Virus record (IMG/VR): IMGVR_UViG_3300037510_000213
Coordinates: 1 to 54,982 of that record
DNA: 54,982 bases
Reading direction: 5' to 3' (one strand)
Source: a virus
Lineage: Duplodnaviria > Caudoviricetes
In this document: positions 17,937 through 27,293 of the stretch, piece by piece
Position numbering within the stretch: the first letter of the stretch is position 1
Layout of the letters: each line of letters starts with the position of its first letter
Made by a program: the position numbers and the translations under genes
The notes under the pieces: generated by a model
Seen by the model: only the letters and a program-made list of their open reading frames with translations
Told to the model about the DNA's origin: nothing
Databases searched by the model: none

Positions 17937-18146
17937 TCAAAACATCCGCATGGTTTGGCGCGGCGTGTGTTCTTCAATAATCCGCTTGCAAGTCGGGCAA
18001 GCCGACTCAATCTCTGTGCAAGGTGTTTCACGGGTCACAATCCATCCATTTTTGACCCATCCACGCACCCACATCATCTCGTTGTCTCCCTCTTCGCAGG
18101 CGTCAATCACACACCCGCAGGGAAGACGTGCGATATAGATCACCAT
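17937..18146 (-). CDS. Small Cys-containing hypothetical protein
   Basis: PCGC...CPTC; overlaps the upstream gene. Confidence 0.5.
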   Translation of the reverse strand: MVIYIARLPCGCVIDACEEGDNEMMWVRGWVKNGWIVTRETPCTEIESACPTCKRIIEEHTPRQTMRMF

Positions 18147-18316
18147 TTGTTGGCAGGGGTCCGGTTATTCTTTTCCAGGTCCCGCTCCAACAGGACTTCC
18201 GAGACACGGGCCATGCTCACACCAAATTGCACAGCGATGTTCTTGAGAGCTACGCCACGCGTGCGCAGCTCGATCATCTTTGCGATTTTCTTCTCATCCA
18301 GGATTGTCTTAGGCAT
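18140..18316 (-). CDS. Small HTH protein
   Basis: MIELRTRGVALKNIAVQFGVSMARVSEVL. Confidence 0.65.
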   Translation of the reverse strand: MPKTILDEKKIAKMIELRTRGVALKNIAVQFGVSMARVSEVLLERDLEKNNRTPANKW

Positions 18317-18354
18317 AGCATCTCCAATGGGGCAGGGGTCGCCTGCCCTGGGGT

Positions 18355-18591
18355 CTAGTTGTTGGCAGATGTACCTTTTTTGGTATATCTGCCTGGGGAG
18401 CCTTGCCAGCGCCCACGGCATGTCCATGTCAAGCGGGCTTTTGGGAAGGCAATCACAGCGTCGTCATGCACGTACTCCCAGAACACGGTGACGATTCTGT
18501 GCATAACCATGAACCCCTCTTTGCGCGGGGCGATCATGACGTATTTCTTGAATGTGATAGGGCGGGGACGCCGTTTCTCTTCGTAGCTCAC
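18355..18591 (-). CDS. Hypothetical protein
   Basis: GTGA-coupled to the antirepressor-like gene. Confidence 0.45.
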   Translation of the reverse strand: MSYEEKRRPRPITFKKYVMIAPRKEGFMVMHRIVTVFWEYVHDDAVIAFPKARLTWTCRGRWQGSPGRYTKKGTSANN

Positions 18592-19502
18592 TGCCGCCCT
18601 CCCGTCAACAGGGGCTTGCCCGTGATGAGATCAATTCCAAGACGCTCTGCCATTTCGCGCGCCTGAATGCCGATGGCTGATGCCACACTTTTGATCTCCC
18701 GATACACCACAGACTCGTGAACGATTTCGTTCTCGCCATAGTCTTCAAGGCGCAAGCGTGTCGCCTCTTCGTTGACCATCGTGTAAGCCAGCGCAAGGCG
18801 GCTCATCCCATCGCGCGGGTTTGCCCCTGGCTTTTGCCCTAGCAGGGCATTCAGCCCTTTGGCATTCGCGCCAAGCGTGCCCTCATATCCGAGATTGGTG
18901 GCAACGCCCAAATTGGCATTGGGGGAGATCTTCACAATGATCGCTGTCAACTGCTTGCGTGTGACCTTGCCCAACTCACGGACAAGAATCCATGCGTCAT
19001 CTTTGCCTTGAAGATCGGCTTTGGCGCGGGCATACAGGTTGATTGCGGTTTCAGCGGCTTCGGGGTCGCGGCGGGCGGCGTCGACAAACACACCAGATTG
19101 AGCCAGGTAGGAAAGGACTGTGTTGCGGACACCTGTATCAACGCCCATATGCTGTGTGATTGTGTAGATGGTTTGCCCATCCGCATAATCCATCTGATAG
19201 GTCTTGCCATCTGACGCCGTGTAGGGCAGTTGTACGCAGGATGCGTATACGTGAACATCGGCCTTTTTCATGCGCTTTTTGAGGTCTGCCCAGAAACGTG
19301 AGGGGTTATCCGTTTGCGCAATCCCAGACAACCAATCGCGGACGGCGTACATCTCGCGTCCGTCAGGCATGGTCACGCGTTGGAGAGGGAAGTTGTGCTC
19401 ACGTGATGCCTTGACGATTTCAGTTTCGTCAGGGTCACGGCGGGATGTCTCTTCAAGAAAAGACAATTGGCGGGACTCGGATTCCGTGCTATGCTTCGTC
19501 AT
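18588..19502 (-). CDS. BRO-N-like antirepressor
   Basis: YAVRDWL...RFWADLKKR...QLPYTASDGKTYQMDYAD (BRO-N-like); probable start MTKHS at 19502. Confidence 0.75.
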   Translation of the reverse strand: MTKHSTESESRQLSFLEETSRRDPDETEIVKASREHNFPLQRVTMPDGREMYAVRDWLSGIAQTDNPSRFWADLKKRMKKADVHVYASCVQLPYTASDGKTYQMDYADGQTIYTITQHMGVDTGVRNTVLSYLAQSGVFVDAARRDPEAAETAINLYARAKADLQGKDDAWILVRELGKVTRKQLTAIIVKISPNANLGVATNLGYEGTLGANAKGLNALLGQKPGANPRDGMSRLALAYTMVNEEATRLRLEDYGENEIVHESVVYREIKSVASAIGIQAREMAERLGIDLITGKPLLTGGRQ

Positions 19503-19646
19503 GGTGGATCTATTCTCCACTATGCCCTGCCAGTGCTTCATTCACTGACGGGGCGCTGAAATTTGGCCCTCTTTTTGTGCGATTGCACAGCTTAATTATA
19601 TCACATGTCACGTATTTTTGGGTGATTTTTAAGCACGAATCACACT

Positions 19647-19910
19647 TTACGCAGGGTCATTGGGCGGCTTGACATCCTTGACCACCGCCTGCGGGCGCAC
19701 CAGCCCCGACGGGCCAATGGGCATATCGTCAGTGGGGGCGGGCATGTTGGGCGGCGTGAGGTCCATCGTGCCATTCAGCACGTCCTCAGTCACACAGGCG
19801 ATGCGCTCAATGAGATTGCCATCCAGGGGGATGAGTTCAAGAAAGATGTATGTGCCAATCAAGCGCGCGATGAGCTGGCGATGATTGGACTTGCGGAGGG
19901 GTTGGGGCAT
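19647..19910 (-). CDS. Hypothetical protein
   Basis: ORF with GGAG RBS. Confidence 0.5.
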   Translation of the reverse strand: MPQPLRKSNHRQLIARLIGTYIFLELIPLDGNLIERIACVTEDVLNGTMDLTPPNMPAPTDDMPIGPSGLVRPQAVVKDVKPPNDPA

Positions 19911-19991
19911 TCGGTAAACTCCGTTGTGTTTGGGGGAAGGGTGGTCTAGACCCTCCCCTAGATTCTAACCCAGTTTTGTGGAGGTGATCGC

Positions 19992-20276
19992 TTAGGCGGT
20001 TGCCTTCCATGCATACGACGCGAACCCGCGAATACGATTGACAGCGATCCACTTGCTGCCGACAAGCGCCTCACCGTGCGAGTCATCAGTGATGAAGCGG
20101 ACGTACACCCCGCCCCGCTGCATGGTCTTGACCGCTGTCACCGTGCCCAGATAGCGATCATGGCGATAGTACGGATCATCCAGAGGGCAGGCCACAACCA
20201 GCGCGTTGATGAAGGTGCTCGGATCGGTGGTTGCGTCGACAGGGGTGACGATCACGTTTGATGGAAACTTATCCAT
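19992..20276 (-). CDS. Hypothetical protein
   Basis: AAGGA RBS; promoter TTGACA-N16-TACCAT upstream. Confidence 0.6.
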   Translation of the reverse strand: MDKFPSNVIVTPVDATTDPSTFINALVVACPLDDPYYRHDRYLGTVTAVKTMQRGGVYVRFITDDSHGEALVGSKWIAVNRIRGFASYAWKATA

Positions 20277-20377
20277 AGAAGTATCCTTTGTTGACTAAAA
20301 GCGGATTTTCGTGCTACACTCTATGGTATCATCTATGGCTAACTTGTCAACTACCTAACTCGCGAGGATTAATTGAG

Positions 20378-20596
20378 ATGTCCAACGAATCACCACAGTT
20401 GCGGATTCCAGTCGGCAAAAAGACGCGTCAAGCATTGAAGCAATTGGCTCTGAATCAAGAAACATCCATTGCACAGATCACACGGGACGCGCTACAGGAA
20501 TATCTTTCCAAACGGGGGATTGATATTGATATGTCTGATGGGATCGAATCGTGGGGAGGCGCTGGGCGCAAAGGCAAAGATGAGGATGAGGAGTAG
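20378..20596 (+). CDS. Ribbon-helix-helix (CopG/Arc-like) regulator
   Basis: QLRIPVGKKTRQALKQLA..ETSIAQITRDALQEYL; GAGGA RBS; promoter TTGACT-N18-TACACT. Confidence 0.8.
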   Translation: MSNESPQLRIPVGKKTRQALKQLALNQETSIAQITRDALQEYLSKRGIDIDMSDGIESWGGAGRKGKDEDEE

Positions 20597-20602
20597 GGGC
20601 GG

Positions 20603-21085
20603 ATGATCAAGACAACGTTTTACCATATTCCTTGCGGAGAACGGACGATTGTCATCATGGGGGCTGTGCGTGATGAGCATGAGATTTGCCTTCGCATTGG
20701 CCTGGGAAACACCCTACTGCCTGAAAGTGTTGAGACGCGGGAACTACCTGATCTTGGGGTGTTTCGCAATTATCAAATGGTTCTCCCTGCGCCTTTTTCT
20801 TTTGCGCCGCTGGCAATGGAAGCGCCTGCATTTGGCAGTTTCGATCTAGACCGCGTGAGATTTGGCGAGGCTGAGCGCATTCGCACAAGCGCCATGCATC
20901 AAGGCATCCCGCACATGTTGTTTGCGTGGTTTGAGCACGAAGGGGAGACGCGTCAATGCTTTTCCATTCTTGTGGAGAAAGGCCGCGATGCGCTGAAATG
21001 CACGACGCCACGCGATGAGATCAACATCTTTGAGTCTATTGAACGGTTCTTTACGCCGCGCGTGAAGGGGCGGGATGAGGAGTAG
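20603..21085 (+). CDS. Hypothetical protein
   Basis: 160-aa ORF with GAGGAG RBS. Confidence 0.65.
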   Translation: MIKTTFYHIPCGERTIVIMGAVRDEHEICLRIGLGNTLLPESVETRELPDLGVFRNYQMVLPAPFSFAPLAMEAPAFGSFDLDRVRFGEAERIRTSAMHQGIPHMLFAWFEHEGETRQCFSILVEKGRDALKCTTPRDEINIFESIERFFTPRVKGRDEE

Positions 21086-21155
21086 CGGTAATTCTTAATC
21101 CTTAACTTGACTCATCCCCTCATCCCGCGCTACCCTCTGCAAAAAGGGGGTACTC

Positions 21156-21491
21156 ATGCCAGACGGCCTTTCGAGAGACAAAATCCAGACCATCAACGAC
21201 CTCGTGCGCAGCGGCCAGATCGACGCCGCCCGCTCCCTGCTGACCGCATGGAACGCCAAAGACAGCCTCGCCAAGCTGAATGCCAAGCATCCCCCAGAGG
21301 TCAAGGCCACCAAACCCGCGCAGCCTGCCCCGCCGCCGCAAGCTGCGCAGAAGCAGGGCAGATCCACGTATGAGCGTGTGCGCAACTTCGCGCTGTTTGT
21401 GCTGCTCATCGTGCTCGTGATTGGCGCGATTGCGATGCAGCAGCAGTGGCAGCGGGATTATGACGCGGCGGCGGCGATGTTTAGTCGTTAG
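21156..21491 (+). CDS. Single-pass membrane protein
   Basis: TM segment FALFVLLIVLVIGAIAM; promoter TTGACT-N18-TACCCT upstream. Confidence 0.65.
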   Translation: MPDGLSRDKIQTINDLVRSGQIDAARSLLTAWNAKDSLAKLNAKHPPEVKATKPAQPAPPPQAAQKQGRSTYERVRNFALFVLLIVLVIGAIAMQQQWQRDYDAAAAMFSR

Positions 21492-22840
21492 TCGCCGTGC
21501 GTCAGTGAGACGTGCTCAATGTCAACGTCATAAAAATGGGTGATGGTCCGATCAAAACCCTGTCTCACCGTCTTGGTGTCCCCGTCGCGGTTTTTGGCCA
21601 CAATCAGATCGGCCAGGGTCGGGTCGGCTGTTTGATCATACATACAGGCACGATACAGAAACATGACCACATCGGCCTCCTCTTCAATTCGCCCTGATTG
21701 GCGCAGATCCGACAGCATCGGGCGCTTGTCATTGCGGCTCTCGACATCACGATTCAACTGATGCGTTGCCATCACAGGGATCATCAATTCACGGGCAATG
21801 TCTTTCAACCCTTTGGCGATTTGCGACGTGGCGCGCGTTTCATCCCCCTTTGTGTCGTAGTCCGGCGACATGCGATAGATCCCATCCACAAAGATCATGC
21901 GCACGTCGTTTGAGCGCACATACCACTCTGACTTTGCCATCACGTCACGCGGGGTTGGAGAGGGGGAGTCCTCGATATAGATGGGCAGTTCTGCCAGAAC
22001 ACCAAAGGCCGCCACCGCCACCCGCTGCTCTGACACTGACATGCGGCGCTTGGGGTCAGCGATCTTGGTTGTGGACACCCCCGATTGAATAGCAAGAAGG
22101 CGATTGAGGAGCTGCTCTGTGCTCATCTCCATCGTGTGCATGAGCACAGGGACGCCCGCGCGCGCCATATTCAGGAACGCAGACAGCACCCATGCGGTCT
22201 TCCCCATGCCAGGACGCCCCGCCAAAACATAAAGGCGTTGATCCTCAAATCCGTTGATAAGCGCATCGACATCCTGAAAGCCTGTCAGGATATCGGTGGA
22301 TGGGGCATCGTCGGGAGCCTGCAACCGCTGCACAAAGTTGTCATAGTGCGTCTCGATCAAGTCCCCGATCCATCCCCCACGCCGTTTGATGTGGCGAGAG
22401 GTCACGTCAAGCACAGCCTTTTCAGACTTGCGATTTACCTCTTCGATGGCAATTCCCTCATTAACAGCATGCTGGCGAATGTCGTCAGCCGCCTTCATGA
22501 GCTTGCGACGGGTAGAGGCGCGCTCAACAATACGGGCGTAAGCCTCGGCATGCTCGGCATTGGGGGCGCTGCCAACGAGATGCACCAGATACGCATATCC
22601 CCCGACGCCCTCCAACTCCTTTAACTCTCCCAATCGGGCCGATATGGTGGTGAGATCAATCACATCATGCTTGCTGCGCAGATGCATCAGCACATCCCAC
22701 AGGACGCGGTGACGCGTCAGAAAGAAATCATCAGCGCGCAAAAAGAACAATCCATCAATCACGTGTGGGCTGATCATCACAGACCCGATTACCGATTCTT
22801 CGGCCTCCTGGCTAAAGGGGGCGGTCAGGGCGTTATTCAT
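21488..22840 (-). CDS. dnaB: Replicative DNA helicase
   Basis: PFSQEAEESVIGS, AGRPGMGKT, EMSTEQL, QLNRDVESRNDKRPMLSDLRQSGRIEEEADVV, AKNRDG. Confidence 0.95.
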   Translation of the reverse strand: MNNALTAPFSQEAEESVIGSVMISPHVIDGLFFLRADDFFLTRHRVLWDVLMHLRSKHDVIDLTTISARLGELKELEGVGGYAYLVHLVGSAPNAEHAEAYARIVERASTRRKLMKAADDIRQHAVNEGIAIEEVNRKSEKAVLDVTSRHIKRRGGWIGDLIETHYDNFVQRLQAPDDAPSTDILTGFQDVDALINGFEDQRLYVLAGRPGMGKTAWVLSAFLNMARAGVPVLMHTMEMSTEQLLNRLLAIQSGVSTTKIADPKRRMSVSEQRVAVAAFGVLAELPIYIEDSPSPTPRDVMAKSEWYVRSNDVRMIFVDGIYRMSPDYDTKGDETRATSQIAKGLKDIARELMIPVMATHQLNRDVESRNDKRPMLSDLRQSGRIEEEADVVMFLYRACMYDQTADPTLADLIVAKNRDGDTKTVRQGFDRTITHFYDVDIEHVSLTHGD

Positions 22841-24071
22841 TGGCAGCTCTCTTTCGCTGGCGCATTTGTTCAAGACCTTGACGCAGGATTTCGCGGCTCT
22901 CTTCGTGTTCTTCCTGTGTCATAGCAGGACGCTCAGGAAGGCCTCTAAAAGGCTCGTGGTACGCTTTTGATGTTGTTTGCGTATATTCTAGCGTGGGGGG
23001 GGTCTGTTGTGCGCCTCCTTGCCCCGCGTGGCGGTCACGGGCGGCCACATATTTGCTGATCCTCCCTTTTCCGACCAACCCCCAGATCGTGTCGATCACA
23101 TAACCCCTTGCCGCAGCCTCACGGGTCTGAAACTGGACATACCACTTAAACTCTTTGTCAGGGACGCCATTGCTCACCAGCTTTTGCGCCACCATGAGAT
23201 AATCCTTCTCATCCGCCTTGACCGCCGGAATGCCCCATGCCGTGCCCATGCTGGTGATTAACAGGTCGTTTGCCTCATCGCGGGCCTGCTGCTTGGCGGT
23301 GCGGGGCCTGACCTCCTTCGGGTCGGCTGTGTCCATTGGGGAAGGGGGGCGCGCGGCGGGCTTTTGGGGGATGGGGGTAGTCGCGTTCTTCCCATTGGTG
23401 CGTTGCTTAGAAGCAGACTGTTTGCTGTCTTGCTGTTCAGCCTCTTGCACGTGTGTATGAGTATGGGAAATGCTTGTGTCTTCCAGGCGTTCACTTGCTG
23501 TGGTGGCAAAGATCTTTCCGCCAATGTTCCACCCGCCCCCGTCTGCTGCGTCAGCAGCGGACAAAGATTCTTTTTCTTTTATGGTTTTCTCTGTAGTACT
23601 CTCTGTATATTCATGACACAGAGAATGTGTGTTGGATGGCACATTTTTTGTGTCATGGGATGATACATTTTTTGTGTCATGCATCGCACCGTTTTGCACG
23701 ATGGCGTAAAGCTTATCAAGATCGATACTGTACCACTTGCGCCGATCTCGTGGATTCTCAACGCCTTGCATGGTCATGACGACACCCGACTTTTCCAAGC
23801 CAAGCATGATTGTCTGTAATCCGCGCTCACTCAACCACGGGAAATGCTCGTTACACCATTGCTCATAGCTGTTATAGACCCACCAGCGATCATGGAGAAA
23901 ATGGCGCTCGCTCTTCTTTTTGCGATTGACGTTCATGTAGAAATAGATCTGCTGCAACACAATCGCCTCGTTGACACCAAACACCACGGCAAGGTTCGGA
24001 TAGAAAGTGATAGGCTCTTCATCAAGCAGGGAGGGGATGCGTTCGGCGTACTGTTTCTTGCTGGTAGTCAT
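22833..24071 (-). CDS. Phage replication initiator (winged-helix N-terminus, lambda-O-like organisation)
   Basis: GVNEAIVLQQIYF...WVYNSYEQW...FPWLS...KWYSID motif; internal iterons; immediately upstream of dnaB. Confidence 0.8.
   Translation of the reverse strand: MTTSKKQYAERIPSLLDEEPITFYPNLAVVFGVNEAIVLQQIYFYMNVNRKKKSERHFLHDRWWVYNSYEQWCNEHFPWLSERGLQTIMLGLEKSGVVMTMQGVENPRDRRKWYSIDLDKLYAIVQNGAMHDTKNVSSHDTKNVPSNTHSLCHEYTESTTEKTIKEKESLSAADAADGGGWNIGGKIFATTASERLEDTSISHTHTHVQEAEQQDSKQSASKQRTNGKNATTPIPQKPAARPPSPMDTADPKEVRPRTAKQQARDEANDLLITSMGTAWGIPAVKADEKDYLMVAQKLVSNGVPDKEFKWYVQFQTREAAARGYVIDTIWGLVGKGRISKYVAARDRHAGQGGAQQTPPTLEYTQTTSKAYHEPFRGLPERPAMTQEEHEESREILRQGLEQMRQRKRAANE
23612..23681. repeat. 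Iterons / probable replication origin inside the initiator gene
   Basis: ACATTTTTTGTGTCATG at 23641 and 23665 (24-bp period), inverted variant at 23612..23628; T-rich tract near 23568-23590. Confidence 0.7.
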
Positions 24072-24565
24072 GACACACCTTCCCCAAACAATGCGCGCTG
24101 TCCTGTTGCTGCAATCTTTTGCTGCCTCTTGCGCAGCCGTGTCTTCTTTGAGTTTTCTTTGTGTTCGTCTCTATCGAAGTTAAGATGACAAGCTTGACAA
24201 AGCGCCGCCAAATTCTCAGGCCGCACGTCCATCTTGTCGTGCTTGTCGCCAGGACGCCCGTCAGGGTGAGGCGTTCCAAGATGCGCCACGGTAAGAATGA
24301 CCAGTGTCGGCTTTTTGTAGTCGTACTCTTCGATAAATTCAGGGAGGGTATGAAGGTGAAATTCTTCCCCATCCATATCCCTGTACCCAGAGCACCCGAA
24401 CATATCATCCATGATCATGATCAGATAGTCAGATGTGCCACGCTTGCGGATGATCCAAGCGTGATTGGGAACACCGCACCACTCACACTTCTGGCCTGCC
24501 TGTTCACGCCGCGCAAGACTGATCTGTTTCCAGTTGGCAGGGTAACGTTTAGGATCAATGCTCAT
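24068..24565 (-). CDS. HNH-type nuclease (Zn-binding)
   Basis: YPANW..CEWCG...LTVAHL...ENLAALCQACHLNFD. Confidence 0.8.
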   Translation of the reverse strand: MSIDPKRYPANWKQISLARREQAGQKCEWCGVPNHAWIIRKRGTSDYLIMIMDDMFGCSGYRDMDGEEFHLHTLPEFIEEYDYKKPTLVILTVAHLGTPHPDGRPGDKHDKMDVRPENLAALCQACHLNFDRDEHKENSKKTRLRKRQQKIAATGQRALFGEGVS

Positions 24566-24780
24566 GACTTCTTCTCCCGTTTCGCTTCCCAGGCGGCAAA
24601 GTCTTCTTCGTTGATCAGAAAGTAAGGCTTGCCCACAACGGGATTCTCAATCAGTTCGGCCTTCAGATTGCCACGCTTGATCTCGGCACGAATGTAATGC
24701 ACCGTGACGCCTGTGCTGCCTTTACGATTGCGTGCGCGCTCGGCAGCTTCTTTGACACCAAAGACGGTTGTCATGTCCAT
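24562..24780 (-). CDS. Excisionase-like (MerR-type HTH) DNA-binding protein
   Basis: VKEAAE...VTVHYIRAEIKRGNLKA...LINEEDF. Confidence 0.7.
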   Translation of the reverse strand: MDMTTVFGVKEAAERARNRKGSTGVTVHYIRAEIKRGNLKAELIENPVVGKPYFLINEEDFAAWEAKREKKS

Positions 24781-24835
24781 GTTGATCCTCGCAATAAAGC
24801 CCCACGCGCTGGTGGGGCATAGATTAGCAGTGAGA

Positions 24836-25585
24836 TTATTCGGCTTTCGTTTTTTTGAGATCCCAGACCTTGACCCACAGTTCTTCGTTGCCAGAACTAA
24901 TGCGACGTTCGGTTCCATACATTGAGGTTTCAAGAATGAGAACCCGCTTCCCCTCGTAGTATGCATGTGACCCTGTAGGCAGTTTTTCACGGGCTTCGTC
25001 CAGTGTCATCTCATTCTCATCATCGTTGTCAGAGACGTTGAGTTCTGCAATCTGCGCCTGCAACGCCTTTACCTGTGCTTCCAGCTCGGCAATGCGGGCG
25101 TCACGGGGGTCAACAGGGGACGGTGCTGGCTTAGAAAGGCGACACACATGCGTCACATCAGTGCCACCATTTTCGTATTCAATTTCAGCATGGTTCGCAT
25201 GAATAAACTTAATGGTGGCACGATTGCCCTTGACAAGAACCTCATCGCCCTCTTCAAAGAGAGGTGATTCAGGCTCGGCAACGGGCGTCTCAACCGTCTG
25301 GGCGGGGGTGTCTTTGATCACGGGCTGCGTGTTGCTGCGTGCCTCATTCTCAGCCAGGGCCATTTCGTGAACTTCGTCCATTGCGTCGTTCCAATTGATG
25401 CCGACGAACTCACATCCTGTTGGGGTGATGGCGAACTTTGACACGCCAATCTTCTTAATAAGTTTATGGTCCTCAAGAATTGTCACCTGAGTTGTGTTCT
25501 TGATGCAGTGGCCACCAGCAAGGCCAAACTCGCCTATTTCTTTCAAAACTTTGCGCTGAGCAGGGCTAATCTTCCAAGTACCCAT
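24836..25585 (-). CDS. Hypothetical multidomain early protein (SH3-like segments, coiled coil)
   Basis: 249 aa; AAGGA RBS; own promoter. Confidence 0.7.
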   Translation of the reverse strand: MGTWKISPAQRKVLKEIGEFGLAGGHCIKNTTQVTILEDHKLIKKIGVSKFAITPTGCEFVGINWNDAMDEVHEMALAENEARSNTQPVIKDTPAQTVETPVAEPESPLFEEGDEVLVKGNRATIKFIHANHAEIEYENGGTDVTHVCRLSKPAPSPVDPRDARIAELEAQVKALQAQIAELNVSDNDDENEMTLDEAREKLPTGSHAYYEGKRVLILETSMYGTERRISSGNEELWVKVWDLKKTKAE

Positions 25586-25633
25586 GACCTATATCCTTTG
25601 CACGTTCGAGTGTGTGTTGCGTTCGATAAATAC

Positions 25634-25662
25634 AGTATATATCTACATGGTAACAAGCGCAA
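25634..25662 (-). promoter_or_regulatory. Early promoter TTGCGC-N17-TATACT
   Basis: Same -35/-10 hexamers and flanks as the plus-strand promoter at 29555..29583. Confidence 0.65.
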
Positions 25663-25864
25663 TAGGCAATCTCTACCAATTCGTTCATATATGGTTAGAA
25701 CATTGTAACCCTGAAATCGATGTGCGGCGTCATGAGAGATCGTTTGCGGGGAATCAAAAACGAGCGCGAGATGCGCCCGTTTGTGCTATACTGGAAGCAT
25801 CGACCACAATCCAGATTCAGGGTTGCATGCTGTCGACACTCAGGGGATGGGCGGCAGCGCCCAT

Positions 25865-26338
25865 TTAGTCGCCTTTGTGATACCCTGTGATGGGGTCGGT
25901 CTCCGTAAAATCCAGAATTGAATCCACGTAGCGGTCATAGACCCGCTGTGCCACAATCTCTACCTGCCTGTACAGGCCCTCTTCTGAAAAGCCCGATCCC
26001 TGCTGCAAGACATTGTTGATATGCAGCCTCAACATCTCTTCCGCCAGCACGACGTGAATGAGCATGAGATAGGGCAGGCATTGGTTGCGCAGATTCGTCT
26101 TTTTGTCCGCACCATAGATGGCACGCAACTCGTCCTCTGTGTGTCCGAGAATGCCCTGGTAGATGATGTCCTGCACCTTGTCGAGATCCACATTGTGGTT
26201 GGCGCGAATGAGTGTGTAGACAAACAGGTTGTGCGGCTGCGGGATGTTGTCGATGTCGTCAGGACTGCGGCGCGATGAGGTGAGGGGAAGGAGCGTCAGT
26301 TGTTTCGAGACGCGTTTTGATGTATTCTTGATGGACAT
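25865..26338 (-). CDS. Paralog of the antirepressor lacking the BRO-N-like domain
   Basis: KQLTLL...SRRSPDD and NLRN...EEMLRLHI...DPITG match segments of 18588..19502. Confidence 0.65.
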   Translation of the reverse strand: MSIKNTSKRVSKQLTLLPLTSSRRSPDDIDNIPQPHNLFVYTLIRANHNVDLDKVQDIIYQGILGHTEDELRAIYGADKKTNLRNQCLPYLMLIHVVLAEEMLRLHINNVLQQGSGFSEEGLYRQVEIVAQRVYDRYVDSILDFTETDPITGYHKGD

Positions 26339-26755
26339 TAAAACTCCCTCCCTTTGCACATAGGGGGTTTGATTTTTCCGCCGCGCGATCAACGCGGCGT
26401 TTTTGTTTGAGATGCTTAGACGTGATGATACAGGCATTTTATCTGCAACGCAAATCACAAACGGCATGCAGGAACGCAAAAACGGTTTGTGTCCTGTTAC
26501 AGTGGTCACAAACGACGGGGGAGTGGGTGACGATCAGTGGGAAATCTTAATCAGACTGATGCGATTCGCGCGTCTGATGTGGGGTAAGATGCCATTGATG
26601 GTCACAGTATGCGTGATCCTCAACCGAGGAACGGGGATGCGCAACCATCCCCGCCCTCTTTGCTGTTCTGTCATCATACTCCAAATGTTATGAATCTGTA
26701 AATAATGGCCTGCCTACCCGTGGGGCAAGCGTGGGGCAGAGTGACCAAAACATCC

Positions 26756-27001
26756 TTACACCGTCTCTGTCTCTTCGTGTGGCTTCGGCAGCGTCAACTC
26801 GAACGCCTTCAGCATGACCATCGCATTGCTGATCAAAACGCGCTGCTCAGCGGGCTGGCCCTGTGCTTCCATCAAGGCGCGGGCGAGATCCCGCATGGCG
26901 CGCGATTCGTTGTCGAGCTGCGCGGCGCGGCCTTCGAGATAGCCGACGATGGTGTATAGAGGGTTGCGGGCGTCTTTGGGCTTCTCGTGATTGTCAGGCA
27001 T
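26756..27001 (-). CDS. Hypothetical protein
   Basis: MPDNHEK start after GAGGAGG. Confidence 0.6.
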   Translation of the reverse strand: MPDNHEKPKDARNPLYTIVGYLEGRAAQLDNESRAMRDLARALMEAQGQPAEQRVLISNAMVMLKAFELTLPKPHEETETV

Positions 27002-27002
27002 T

Positions 27003-27215
27003 CTACACCTCCTCGTGTGTGCGCTTGAACTTGCCCCAATACGCCTGCTTTGCGGTGTCGCTGGCATCCAACTGTTCAGACAGCGCCGTGAGTTCCTGGG
27101 TGTTGAGTTTGGAAAGGGGATCAACAGCGGCGGTCATGCCCTTCGGATCAATGCGATTGATGGCATAGCCGCCATCGGGCGTGCGCTCTTGCGAGACGAT
27201 GATTTTGTTATTCAT
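27003..27215 (-). CDS. Hypothetical protein
   Basis: AAGGA RBS; leader motif upstream. Confidence 0.6.
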   Translation of the reverse strand: MNNKIIVSQERTPDGGYAINRIDPKGMTAAVDPLSKLNTQELTALSEQLDASDTAKQAYWGKFKRTHEEV

Positions 27216-27293
27216 GATGTATCCTTTGTGGGGCGGGGTATCAAGGCCGCCCCTGTACGTTCGAGTGTTAGACTTGCTATAAGGTGCTGCTGA

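Noticed and set aside
24562-24780. Excisionase implying integration
   Set aside because: This HTH family also includes ordinary regulators; no cognate integrase is present
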